64,000 nucleotides of DNA from Rhodothermales bacterium (lineage in GTDB: Bacteria > Bacteroidota > Rhodothermia > Rhodothermales > DASSAV01): positions 193,792 through 257,791 of the forward strand of contig JAWLHQ010000003.1 of assembly GCA_041690215.1 (NCBI GenBank), read 5' to 3'. Within the stretch, counting starts at the first letter, position 1, and each line of letters begins with the position of its first letter. The notes beneath the pieces are model-generated. The model saw nothing but the letters and a program-made list of their open reading frames with translations, did no database searches and was not told the DNA's origin. Shown one piece after another: positions 9,981 through 19,392 of the stretch. The translations under genes and the position numbers were made by a program.

Positions 9981-10313
9981 ATGCCCGGCCCGATCCTACA
10001 CGATGATGGAAGCAGTGTTTCGCTGGACTTACACGGCATGAGCGTGGATGAGGCGCTTCACCTTGCCCGCGCCTTGATCCGGGAAGCCTCACGGCGAGGG
10101 CGGCAGATCGTGAAACTTATCCATGGCACTTCCACGAGCAGCACGCTCTACCGCAACCGGACGATCAAACACGAACTGCAGTCAATGCTCGAAGACCGTG
10201 ATGTTTCGAGCTACGTATCGACACAGTGGCAGGATGAGGGTGTGTTGCTCCTGGGTATAGCGGCTCACGGGAGCAATCCGGCACGTATTCGGATCGGGGA
10301 TATCATGCGATAA
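9981..10313 (+). CDS. stand-alone Smr/MutS2-domain protein
   Basis: LDLHGM and LIHG motifs. Confidence 0.82.
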   Translation: MPGPILHDDGSSVSLDLHGMSVDEALHLARALIREASRRGRQIVKLIHGTSTSSTLYRNRTIKHELQSMLEDRDVSSYVSTQWQDEGVLLLGIAAHGSNPARIRIGDIMR

Positions 10314-10478
10314 CCGGTTCCAGTGACCGGACGAAAACTCCCTGGAATAGCGCTTGCCAGATCGCCATGAAAACCTTTTATTGATCCCCGCGCGAAGGTA
10401 CACATACGATTCGTTCTCAATGCATGAGCGACGTGTACCGACAGGCCGTTCCATGTACCGGAAATCATTTCCACATCC

Positions 10479-10487
10479 TGTTATAAT
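10479..10487 (+). promoter_or_regulatory. candidate extended -10 promoter (TGnTATAAT) for the peptidase C26 gene
   Basis: Exact TGTTATAAT in an AT-rich island about 130 bp upstream of ATG 10618. Confidence 0.4.
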
Positions 10488-10617
10488 ATTTTCTCTTATA
10501 CCAAGGAAATATGTTGCAGGACACGTGGTAATTATGGCCGGGCGGAGGCGAACTTGGAGCGAGAGATCGTGTTAGAACCACAGGCAGCGAACCACAAGCC
10601 GCTACCTCCTTCCGACC

Positions 10618-11322
10618 ATGTACGCTCGCATCGGGATTACAACATCTTTCGAAGAGGGGGAACAGCGCCTCAGCCACGCCTACGTGCAAGCGGTTGAGCG
10701 AGCGGGCGGATTGCCAGTGATCGTTCCCATGCTGGCATCCCGGGAGGGTTATACGGCATTTGCGAAAGAGATAGACGGGTTAGTCATGACAGGGGGACCG
10801 GCCATCGTGGACGGCCTGATCGGAGCGCTGCCCTCCGATATCTCTGAAACGGATCCGATTCGCCTGCGATCTGACAGGTGGCTGCTGGATGCGTACCTGG
10901 CTGAAAGAAAGCCGATGCTGGGTATTTGCTACGGCATGCAGATGCTGAATGCCCTGGCTGGAGGCACCATTTATGCGGACGTTCAGCATCAAATAGAGGG
11001 CACTCTCGTCCACAGCACTAAACGAGGCGGCGTGTCCCACGAAATCCAGATTGCGCCAAAAACGCACCTGCATGGCATCCTGGAGCGGGAGACGATGCAG
11101 GCCAATACGCGCCATATTCAGGCAATTGCGCGTATTGGAACCGGATTTCGCGTGGCCGCGACCGCCCCTGACGGCGTAATCGAGGCCATCGAGAACGAAG
11201 ACGGCACGGTGATTGGAGTACAGTTCCATCCGGAGCGGATGGACGAGATGCTCCCTCTTTTTCGCCATCTGGTAAAACAGGCCGAACAGAGCCGGTTGAT
11301 ACCAGTGGAGAGCGGCCCCTGA
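10618..11322 (+). CDS. gamma-glutamyl-GABA hydrolase family (peptidase C26) glutamine amidotransferase
   Basis: AVERAGGLP, TGG, LGICYGMQ nucleophile elbow, APDGVIEAIE, GVQFHPE. Confidence 0.9.
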   Translation: MYARIGITTSFEEGEQRLSHAYVQAVERAGGLPVIVPMLASREGYTAFAKEIDGLVMTGGPAIVDGLIGALPSDISETDPIRLRSDRWLLDAYLAERKPMLGICYGMQMLNALAGGTIYADVQHQIEGTLVHSTKRGGVSHEIQIAPKTHLHGILERETMQANTRHIQAIARIGTGFRVAATAPDGVIEAIENEDGTVIGVQFHPERMDEMLPLFRHLVKQAEQSRLIPVESGP

Positions 11323-11419
11323 CCTGTTGCTACGGAGTGTGTCCTGCCCCCTGCTGCAGGTCGCATGCTGCCGGTCCTGGAAGTAAGATTGACGTATAAC
11401 GGAGCGTAGTACGACCGAC

Positions 11420-13318
11420 ATGCAAGAGCAACTCTCTCGAGGCGCCGGTCCTGGAACCGGAGAGCCGCCTGCGGGCATCCAGCCAATCGTGGAGCCCGTA
11501 GCCAGCGAGAATAAGGAGGCCCGAAAACTGGGACGCCATCATCTGTTTCTCGCTACAGTAGCCGTATTCGTCATTTTGTTCGTGTTGTTTGCGGTGACCG
11601 GGCGTATCGATACGCTCGCCCGAAACATCGCAGAGCGATTTGCCAGCGCCGAACCGGCTGTGGCCGAGGTAGAAGAGATCGTCGGCGCGGCGAAAGAGGA
11701 AGTATCGACCCTGTTCCGGTTCAAGGATCTCGACATCCACCCGGACCGTCTGTACACGCCGTATACCGCGGGTCCCATTCTGGAGGCCGGAGCGAACACC
11801 AACGGGCACCAGATCCGCCAGTTCAGGGAACTCATCGAACTGTACCAGCAGCGCCAGGGCCAGGACGACAACTTTACGATACGGGTCATCGACAACCGGA
11901 CAAACAAGCTCCTGGAGCTCTTTGTGCTGGAAGACGCCCGTAACAAGTACCATGAGACCGGCCGCGCCGACTGGAACGCCATCGACCGGCTCCGGCGTCA
12001 GGAGACGCGGCGACTCGTAGACAAGTACGCCGCCCGCGGCATCCCTCGAAAGGCGGTCACAGTGAAGTGGGGCCGTGCCAACCAGGTAAAGGAGGCGCGA
12101 CAGAGTGAGCTCTCTACGATCGAGTATGAGGTCCAGCTGGCTCGCTACCTGGATCTGAGCCTTCTCCCCACGGAGATTGGTACGGTAGAAACGTTCAACC
12201 AGGACCACCTGGTCTCCTCGGTCGGCGCGCGCAGCCGATATCAAATGATGCCATATCTGCTGCGCCAGCACGGCATCCGTCACTACGACCTACGCACCGC
12301 GGCGGGCAACATCGTGCCCGTCTATGAGGAGTGGCATCCGCTCATTACCATGGAGCCATCCTTCCTCACGCTCAAGAGCTACATCAACGCCGTAGGCCAC
12401 GAGATTCCCGGTATTTCCGCATACCACACCGGACCGGGCAACATCTACATGGTCTACCGCTCGTACCTCGCGAACAAGCGAAACCACCTTTCTCCTTCCA
12501 GCTCGGTCATGGATGCGTATATGTGGGCCGTAACGGACGGCTTCGAAACGGTTTCCAAGGGAACGAGCTTCGGAACCTACTCGCGTGGATACGTGGCGTC
12601 AGCATACGGGTCGTTGAAAGCGATGGAAGAAGAACCCATCGACACGAGCCATACCGTGCTGGCGGAGCGGGTACAACTCAAGACAGGACGGCAAATATTC
12701 CTTAGCCAGCTGCTCCGGACGCTGGGCAAGCACCGTGACATGCTCTTGATCCGAGGTGATCAGGACCGGCACCTGTATGATGTTTTCCGGGAGTTAAACC
12801 CGCATATCCAGCTTCCGGAAGCCTCAGACGATCAGGCAGTACCCGTACGCGGCGACATCAGCCTCTCTTCAAAATCCGGTGCAGCAGATGTCCGGTTCTT
12901 CCTGCCTCTCGGAGCTTCCCGAGCGCTGGCCCAGGCCGGTCTGAATATCCTGGACGAGAAGAAAACGTTTGTCTTCAACCATGACACCTACCGCGATCCC
13001 AACCTCGGCCTGAAGACGATGTGGGACCGCGAGTACGAAGAACTCGTGCGGGAAATCGGTAAGTTCGGGTTCACCCTGGCGAATCGCGCCCGGCTCTCCA
13101 GGCTCGTATCGCGTTTCGAGCAACTGGCGGAAAGCGACCCGTCGCACTACCGCAAGATGCAGCTATACATCATCAAGCAGCACGCAGGTATCTGGCAGAC
13201 GGGACCGTGGAACAATATGGCTGCTGCCGTGAGCGAGGTGGCTCCCCGCCTGATGCCGCAACCCATGTCCCCCTTACCGGCTGCTTCCGGATCGGATCTC
13301 CTGGGGCTGGCCCGGTAA
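11420..13318 (+). CDS. membrane-anchored protein with divergent lytic transglycosylase (SLT-like) motifs
   Basis: N-terminal TM helix; VETFN...VSSVGARSRYQMMP and SAYHTGPGN resemble SLT motifs I-III. Confidence 0.6.
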   Translation: MQEQLSRGAGPGTGEPPAGIQPIVEPVASENKEARKLGRHHLFLATVAVFVILFVLFAVTGRIDTLARNIAERFASAEPAVAEVEEIVGAAKEEVSTLFRFKDLDIHPDRLYTPYTAGPILEAGANTNGHQIRQFRELIELYQQRQGQDDNFTIRVIDNRTNKLLELFVLEDARNKYHETGRADWNAIDRLRRQETRRLVDKYAARGIPRKAVTVKWGRANQVKEARQSELSTIEYEVQLARYLDLSLLPTEIGTVETFNQDHLVSSVGARSRYQMMPYLLRQHGIRHYDLRTAAGNIVPVYEEWHPLITMEPSFLTLKSYINAVGHEIPGISAYHTGPGNIYMVYRSYLANKRNHLSPSSSVMDAYMWAVTDGFETVSKGTSFGTYSRGYVASAYGSLKAMEEEPIDTSHTVLAERVQLKTGRQIFLSQLLRTLGKHRDMLLIRGDQDRHLYDVFRELNPHIQLPEASDDQAVPVRGDISLSSKSGAADVRFFLPLGASRALAQAGLNILDEKKTFVFNHDTYRDPNLGLKTMWDREYEELVREIGKFGFTLANRARLSRLVSRFEQLAESDPSHYRKMQLYIIKQHAGIWQTGPWNNMAAAVSEVAPRLMPQPMSPLPAASGSDLLGLAR

Positions 13319-13413
13319 GATCAAAAGATCGTCGACCACGCTTCCGCACAGGGACATGGCGTATTGCGTCATGTCCCTGTTTTCATTTGTGCGGAATCCA
13401 GATTCCCGCAGTT

Positions 13414-13926
13414 TTACAGGCACCGTATCGGATCGCCCTGCCGCAGAATGCCGCCCTGCCGGACGGTGAAGAGTGCACCTCGGAACCATTCCCTGCTGAT
13501 GGCAGCGAACGCCTCGGGAGAGGTACGGTCACGAAACACGGTACAGGGCCGGTGTTCGCGTGAGCTGCGCTCCAGAATGATGCCTCCCGCCTCGACCAGA
13601 TCTCCTGGTTCCAGTGCCGCCAAGTCAAAACCCTCCGTAATGAGGTTATCGCCCACGACGATCGGATCGACGCCGAGAACCTGGAGCACTTCCAGCGAGA
13701 CCGCCGTTACCTCGCGCCCGGGCACCAGTTCGCCCTTATAAAAGGATTTGCGCTCGTGGTCGCCTGCGAACCCTTTGCCGGGTATCACCTGCACGCTCGA
13801 CCGGCTCAGGTGCGTGCCCGGAGACGGTGTTTCGACGAGATGTGCGACCCGTCCGTTACGTCCAAACTCGAGTGCAACGAGCCGGGCAACAAGCTCGCTA
13901 ACCTGGATCGTCTGCGCTAATCCCAT
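13414..13926 (-). CDS. MOSC domain protein
   Basis: GFAGDH, GDNLITEG.D....L.PGD, RPC (conserved Cys), RG...V..GG.LR.GD; start re-chosen at MGLAQ. Confidence 0.8.
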   Translation of the reverse strand: MGLAQTIQVSELVARLVALEFGRNGRVAHLVETPSPGTHLSRSSVQVIPGKGFAGDHERKSFYKGELVPGREVTAVSLEVLQVLGVDPIVVGDNLITEGFDLAALEPGDLVEAGGIILERSSREHRPCTVFRDRTSPEAFAAISREWFRGALFTVRQGGILRQGDPIRCL

Positions 13927-14012
13927 TGTTTCCCTACGAATGCGTACAGGCAGCGTGTGCTGCCGTGACTTTGACGCGCTCCGGCGCGTTTGCATATAGA
14001 TTGTGAGGTACT

Positions 14013-14291
14013 ATGAAACGCCACCGTTCCCTGCGCCGCGCGGCGCAGGATCAGACGCTCCGTTGGACGATGCGGGTAGTCGGCCTCGTGCTGGCGATCA
14101 GCTCCGCCGTCTTTCTCAACCAGGACATCTTTACCAGCGAGGCCAGTACGTGGTTCTTCGGCCTGTGCATCGGACTCGGCCTCGTCACGGCGCTTACGAG
14201 CTGGCTCCCGGATGCCAAGACCCGGCTACAGGAAGAACCCGTCGTACGCCCGGTACCCCGCCCTATCGACCGGTACCGGAAGCCCATGTAA
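14013..14291 (+). CDS. small two-TM membrane protein
   Basis: Two hydrophobic segments; GAGG RBS-like sequence upstream of ATG. Confidence 0.65.
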   Translation: MKRHRSLRRAAQDQTLRWTMRVVGLVLAISSAVFLNQDIFTSEASTWFFGLCIGLGLVTALTSWLPDAKTRLQEEPVVRPVPRPIDRYRKPM

Positions 14292-14758
14292 GCGTTCGCT
14301 TATTGTATAGCGTAAGGACCCTGCCCGGAGATTCCGGGCAGGGTTTTCGGTTTAACCTGATCTCCCATCCTCTTGCTTCTTACTCGATCCGGAGCCGCCT
14401 CAATCCGAGCAAGAAGTCTTGGTTGCGATTGATCGCCTGAACCGGCATCTTGCCTGGAGCACCGCTACTACAACACTCCAGGTCAATCCAGGCAGGTCTA
14501 TGAACCACGTGCGAACCGCGTACCGCAGGCTGCGCAAGAACAGAGGCGGCAACCGCGATGGTCGCACTTGTGTGCGCAGCCTTACCGGTGGGTATCCAGG
14601 CGGTCCGAATAGCCCTGGCTAACCCAGCGGAGTCGATCCGGCAGGAGCAGGCGATCTCGCAGCCTGCCTGCAGGAAGAGCCACGGGACAGGCCGACCGGT
14701 TGGTCGGCTGTGATCCGTACGGCCCGGCACTCGGGCTACTCCGTAGCCCGTCCCGTCG

Positions 14759-16978
14759 CTACTTGATATCCCAGGGCGTATCCGCTTCGGTCATACGCTG
14801 GAGCGTGCGTTGCATCAGGACCTCCTGGAAACGGACTTCCTCCTCTCCGGGCTGTGGACGGCGCTGGACGTAGCACCCATCAGGACCAAGGTCCCATGCA
14901 CTTCGATTATCATTCAAGGCAAACTCCAGGATGCGGATGAGGCGCGCCTGAAGAGCGGGATCATCCACCTGGACGATCGTTTCGACCCGGTCATCCAGGT
15001 TGCGGCGCTGCCAGTCGGCACTGCCAATGAGCACCCTGGGATTGCCGTTGTTGCCGAAGTAGTAGATCCGGCTGTGCTCCAGGAACCGGTCGATGATACT
15101 CATCACGCGGATATTCTCGCTGTAACCTTCGAGTCCCGGACGCAAGCGGCAATGGCCGCGCACGATGAGATCGATCTGGACACCGCCCTGCGACGCACGG
15201 TACAGTTCCTGGATCATCTCTACGTCGTCCAGCGCGTTCATCTTGGCGATGATCCGACCGTTCCCGTACTTCTTCTGGTTGGCAATTTCCTGCCTGACGA
15301 GGCGAATGAACGCGTTCCGCATCTCGCGGGGGGCCGTGATGAGCCGCTGGTAGTGCTGTGCGGGCGCGTAGCCGGTCAGGTAATGAAACAGGTTGATGAG
15401 GTCGTATCCAAGCTCAGGCTGGCAGGTGAAGAAGCCCAGATCGGTATAGATACGGGCCGTGGACGGGTTGTAGTTCCCGGTCCCGAAGTGGCAGTACGGC
15501 CGCAGCAAGCCACCTTCCTCGCGGATGACGAGAGTCACTTTCGCGTGCGTTTTGAGGCCGACGAGCCCGTACGTCACGTGAACGCCCGCTTTCTCCAGCA
15601 TCTGCCCCCATTCGATGTTGTTCTCCTCATCGAAACGAGCCTTCACCTCTACCAGCACGGCTACCTGCTTACCTGCCTCGGCCGCCTTCATCAACGCTTC
15701 CACGATCGGCGATTCGTCCGAAGTCCGATAGAGCGTCTGTTTGATGGCCAGCACATTTTCATCGTCGGCAGCCTCCTCCACGAACCGTTGTACGCTGGCG
15801 CGGAACGACTCGTAGGGGTGGTGTACCAGCAGATCGCCATTGCGAATCACCGTGAAGATGTCCGGGCGGTCTTTCGCTTCTCCTTCGTGGAGCAGGCGCA
15901 TCGGAACGACCGGCTCCCAGGGGGAGAACCGATGCTCCGGGAGCGGGAGGTCGGCCAGCTTCATCACGTCATTGACGTTGATAAGCCCATCCGTCTCATA
16001 CACATCCGCCGGTTCCAGATCGAGCTCACGCATGAGGAGTTGGCGGACGTGATCCGGCATGGCCCGTTCTACCTCCAGGCGCACGACCGGAGCGAACCGG
16101 CGCTCGCGCAGCTCTTCCGTGATCAACTCGGTGAGGTCTTCCGCCTCTTCTTCATCCCGGCGGATGTCCGCGTTCCGCGTGATCCGAAACACGTTCACGG
16201 ATACGATCTCCATGCCCCGGAACAGTTCGGGCAGGTTGCTGATGATGACCTGCTCCAGCGGGATGAAGTGCAGGGGCGCATCGAGCGGCACCCACCGATC
16301 CCGACTCGTGGGGACCTTTATACGCGCGAAGTGCTCCGTGCCGCGCTTCGGATGCCGCAGAAGGACCGCAATGGAAAGGCTGAGGTTCGAGATGAACGGG
16401 AACGGGTGACCAGGATCAACGGCAAGCGGCGTAAGAATGGGAAAAATCTGATCGTGAAAGTAGGTCTGCAGCATCCGTTCCTGGGAAGGCGTGACCTGCG
16501 TGTAGTCCAGGATGTGAATACCCGCCGCTTCCCGCAGTTGATGCTTCAGAACATGCTCCCACGTATCAGAGATGGTGTGATGCATGGGCCGCACGGCTCG
16601 CTCGATGAGTTGTAATTGCTCTTCCGGCGTCCGGCCGTCCGGCGAAAGCATTCGAACACCGGCATGGTGCAGCCGTTTGAGACCGCCCACACGCTTCCGA
16701 AAGAACTCGTCCATATTGGACGAAGCAATGGCCGTGAACCGCACGCGTTCCAGTAGAGGCGTGCGCTCATCGATGGCCTGATACAGCACGCGCCAGTTGA
16801 AATCGAGCCAGCTTAGCTCCCGGTTGAAGTAGAGGTTCGGGTGATCCAGTTCCGCCCGCTTAGGCACAGGTCGCGGCGAGGTGGCTTTCGGCACGCAAAA
16901 ATCCGGCACCCCGGTAGTCCCTCCCGTGCTCGTCGTTTCCACGACCTCACTCACCATTACGTCATCTTTCGCTTCCAT
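14759..16978 (-). CDS. ppk1: polyphosphate kinase 1
   Basis: NRELSWLDFN, DEFFRKRV, HPFPFISNLS, HHPYESF, KQTLYRT, KARFDEENN, KTHAK, RFLEHSR, GSADW. Confidence 0.97.
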   Translation of the reverse strand: MEAKDDVMVSEVVETTSTGGTTGVPDFCVPKATSPRPVPKRAELDHPNLYFNRELSWLDFNWRVLYQAIDERTPLLERVRFTAIASSNMDEFFRKRVGGLKRLHHAGVRMLSPDGRTPEEQLQLIERAVRPMHHTISDTWEHVLKHQLREAAGIHILDYTQVTPSQERMLQTYFHDQIFPILTPLAVDPGHPFPFISNLSLSIAVLLRHPKRGTEHFARIKVPTSRDRWVPLDAPLHFIPLEQVIISNLPELFRGMEIVSVNVFRITRNADIRRDEEEAEDLTELITEELRERRFAPVVRLEVERAMPDHVRQLLMRELDLEPADVYETDGLINVNDVMKLADLPLPEHRFSPWEPVVPMRLLHEGEAKDRPDIFTVIRNGDLLVHHPYESFRASVQRFVEEAADDENVLAIKQTLYRTSDESPIVEALMKAAEAGKQVAVLVEVKARFDEENNIEWGQMLEKAGVHVTYGLVGLKTHAKVTLVIREEGGLLRPYCHFGTGNYNPSTARIYTDLGFFTCQPELGYDLINLFHYLTGYAPAQHYQRLITAPREMRNAFIRLVRQEIANQKKYGNGRIIAKMNALDDVEMIQELYRASQGGVQIDLIVRGHCRLRPGLEGYSENIRVMSIIDRFLEHSRIYYFGNNGNPRVLIGSADWQRRNLDDRVETIVQVDDPALQARLIRILEFALNDNRSAWDLGPDGCYVQRRPQPGEEEVRFQEVLMQRTLQRMTEADTPWDIK

Positions 16979-17121
16979 GTATATCAATCGTTCAATATTC
17001 GAAGTAACACTGTGTCCGGGTGTTAATCGGTTCAGATATGCCGTCAACCGATGATCGGATCAGATACGACTGAACCGATCATCGGACACACCAGGATACG
17101 AGCACATTACAAAACGCCACG

Positions 17122-19068
17122 TTACTCCGCCTTATTCCATTGCAAAAACTCTCGTTGCTCAATCTGGCGGCGCAACGTTTGTAATTCCATTAACTCCGCC
17201 AATACGTCCCGAAGATCCGGGCTATCATCCGTTAGCTGCCGCTGTTTCTGTTTTACACGTTGGATCAACTCATCCACCCGGTCGAGTTTCAGCAACGTCA
17301 TGGCGCTGGCAGCCGCCTCATACGGATCCTCGTTGAAGCGGGGTACGGGGATCTTGGCCTTACGCTCCCAATTTTCAGACGGTTCGTGCTGATCGAGCAG
17401 CACGTCCGCCACAAAATTCTGAACTGCCTCACCATATCCTCCATCAAGCAGTTCCTGTGCACGTACGTACCCGGCCTGATACTGCTGCAAAAAGCACACC
17501 ACGGATTCCCGCGCGGGGCCCTCTGTAAACTCTTCCAGGCCCATATTCCCCAGAATGAACTCGACCAGTGGGAGGCCATGCTCCAGCATCACCCGGATCA
17601 GAATGCGTTCTTCAGGCAGCACGTCTGAAACCGCCGTTCGCTCACGTTCCGGTAGCTGTTCGTTTCCGTGCGCCGCGTCAACGCCCGGCAGTGATTCAGA
17701 ACCGGGCGTGTGGGACGGGCCGGCCGGTACGCGACGCCGAGCGGCACGCGTCTCATGCCGCCGTTGCTCCAGCATCACCTTCTCCAGCGCGCTATACAGG
17801 ATGATGTCCGGCTTATCCAGGAGGTCGCTCATTTCATGGACGTACGCGTCACGTACGAGCGGGTCATCGATCGTGGCGATCAATTCCAGAACGTCATTCA
17901 GGGCCTGCGCTTCGCTCTCCGGATTCAGCAGGCGTCCATCCTGCCGCGCACGGATCAGCAAGAACTGAACGAAGCTCCACCGGTATTTGCGAAGGTACTC
18001 CTCGAACGTCTCACGTCCGTGTTTCTGCACGAAGGAGTCCGGATCCTCTTTCTCGGGGAGTTCGACCACGTAGGGCACCAGCCCGCCTTTGAGCGCCAGC
18101 CCGATACCCCGAACCGTCGCATTATCTCCGGCTGAGTCCGCGTCGTTGATGAAAATGATGCGCTTCGCATAGCGGAGCAGAGACTTCACGTGCCCGTCCG
18201 TAAGAGACGTACCACAGGCGGCAACGGCATTCTCCACACCCGCCTGATAGAGCGAGATTACGTCCGTATAGCCTTCTACCAGAATGACTTCTTCCGCTTT
18301 CCGGATTGCCTGTTTGCCCTGATACAGGCCATAGAGAACGCGGCTCTTGGAGTACACCTCCGTCTCCGGAGAGTTGATGTACTTGGGCTGTTCGGGATCC
18401 GCCTGGAGAATGCGCCCGCCAAAGCCGAGAACCTTTCCTACCGGGGAGAAAATGGGAAAGATGACCCGCCCGCGATACCGGTCGTAATAACCACTTCCGT
18501 CCTTCCGCGGAATGACGAGTCCGGCCCGCTCCAGCACCTCGGGGGCAATCTGACCCTTTACCGCCTCGTTGAGCAGCCGATCCCACGCTTCCGGCGCGTA
18601 ACCCAGGCCGAACTGCTTGATCGTTTTGCCCGTGAACCCACGTTTCTTGAAATAGTCCAGCCCGACTTTCCCCTGTTCCGACTGGGTGAGTTGATCGAAA
18701 TAGAATCGGGCGGCAAAACGCAGCGCGTGATAGATGGCCTCGGTGCTCGACGCGTTTTCCGATAGATCGTTTTGCTCCAGGTTCAGCGTAATACCCGCGC
18801 GTTCGGCCAGCACGCGGACCGCCTCGGGGAACCCGACGTTTTCCATTCGCATGATGAACTGGAAAACGTTCCCTCCCACCCCGCAACCGAAGCACTTGAA
18901 GATACTCCTACCCGGATTGACGTTGAACGATGGGGTCTTTTCGTCATGAAAGGGGCAGAGACCGACGAAGTTCGAGCCGCGCTTCTTTAACTGGACGTAC
19001 TCCCCTACGATGTCCACGATATCAGACGCGGCGCGTACCTCCTCAATCTTGTCGTCGGGAATGTACAT
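17122..19068 (-). CDS. dnaG: DNA primase
   Basis: CHC2 zinc finger CPFHDEKTPSF...CFGC, KYINSPET, TOPRIM VEGYTDV and DAD. Confidence 0.97.
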   Translation of the reverse strand: MYIPDDKIEEVRAASDIVDIVGEYVQLKKRGSNFVGLCPFHDEKTPSFNVNPGRSIFKCFGCGVGGNVFQFIMRMENVGFPEAVRVLAERAGITLNLEQNDLSENASSTEAIYHALRFAARFYFDQLTQSEQGKVGLDYFKKRGFTGKTIKQFGLGYAPEAWDRLLNEAVKGQIAPEVLERAGLVIPRKDGSGYYDRYRGRVIFPIFSPVGKVLGFGGRILQADPEQPKYINSPETEVYSKSRVLYGLYQGKQAIRKAEEVILVEGYTDVISLYQAGVENAVAACGTSLTDGHVKSLLRYAKRIIFINDADSAGDNATVRGIGLALKGGLVPYVVELPEKEDPDSFVQKHGRETFEEYLRKYRWSFVQFLLIRARQDGRLLNPESEAQALNDVLELIATIDDPLVRDAYVHEMSDLLDKPDIILYSALEKVMLEQRRHETRAARRRVPAGPSHTPGSESLPGVDAAHGNEQLPERERTAVSDVLPEERILIRVMLEHGLPLVEFILGNMGLEEFTEGPARESVVCFLQQYQAGYVRAQELLDGGYGEAVQNFVADVLLDQHEPSENWERKAKIPVPRFNEDPYEAAASAMTLLKLDRVDELIQRVKQKQRQLTDDSPDLRDVLAELMELQTLRRQIEQREFLQWNKAE

Positions 19069-19151
19069 CGCGTACCATCCTGGAGAACAACTACGTACAA
19101 TGATCCGGCAAGATCGGCACTGCGGGGCCGATCAGAACCCAACGCCGAGAC

Positions 19152-19271
19152 TCAGCCCGCGTTCTCCTGATCCTGTCCTTCGATGGGATCCATCGGCGGC
19201 GGATCGGCACAGCGGCAGGACTGGAGGGTAACGGCGAGGAGAAGTGAAACCACCAGCAGGACACGTCGCAT
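19152..19271 (-). CDS. putative 39-aa lipoprotein (MRRVLLVVSLLLAVTLQSCRC...)
   Basis: Basic N-terminus, hydrophobic core, lipobox LQSC; co-oriented between the permease gene and dnaG. Confidence 0.55.
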   Translation of the reverse strand: MRRVLLVVSLLLAVTLQSCRCADPPPMDPIEGQDQENAG

Positions 19272-19392
19272 AAGATGTAAGTAATTAGCCATTTCCAAAT
19301 ATCCGTGTCGGTGGTTCAAAATACGTCCCACCCGACACTTTAGCCTGCAAGCGGCTGATTTTTTGCGAGCCGGTCTTGCTGCGCGTGAACGG

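Noticed and set aside
14419-14622. 67-aa ORF in the ppk1 downstream gap
   Set aside because: No RBS, family motif or typical composition; the region is better explained by RNA structure
14810-16615. 601-aa ORF antisense to ppk1 (and similar long antisense ORFs over SLT, metG, proS and the OMP)
   Set aside because: Expected from GC-rich codon bias, which depletes stops on the opposite strand; no recognisable domains
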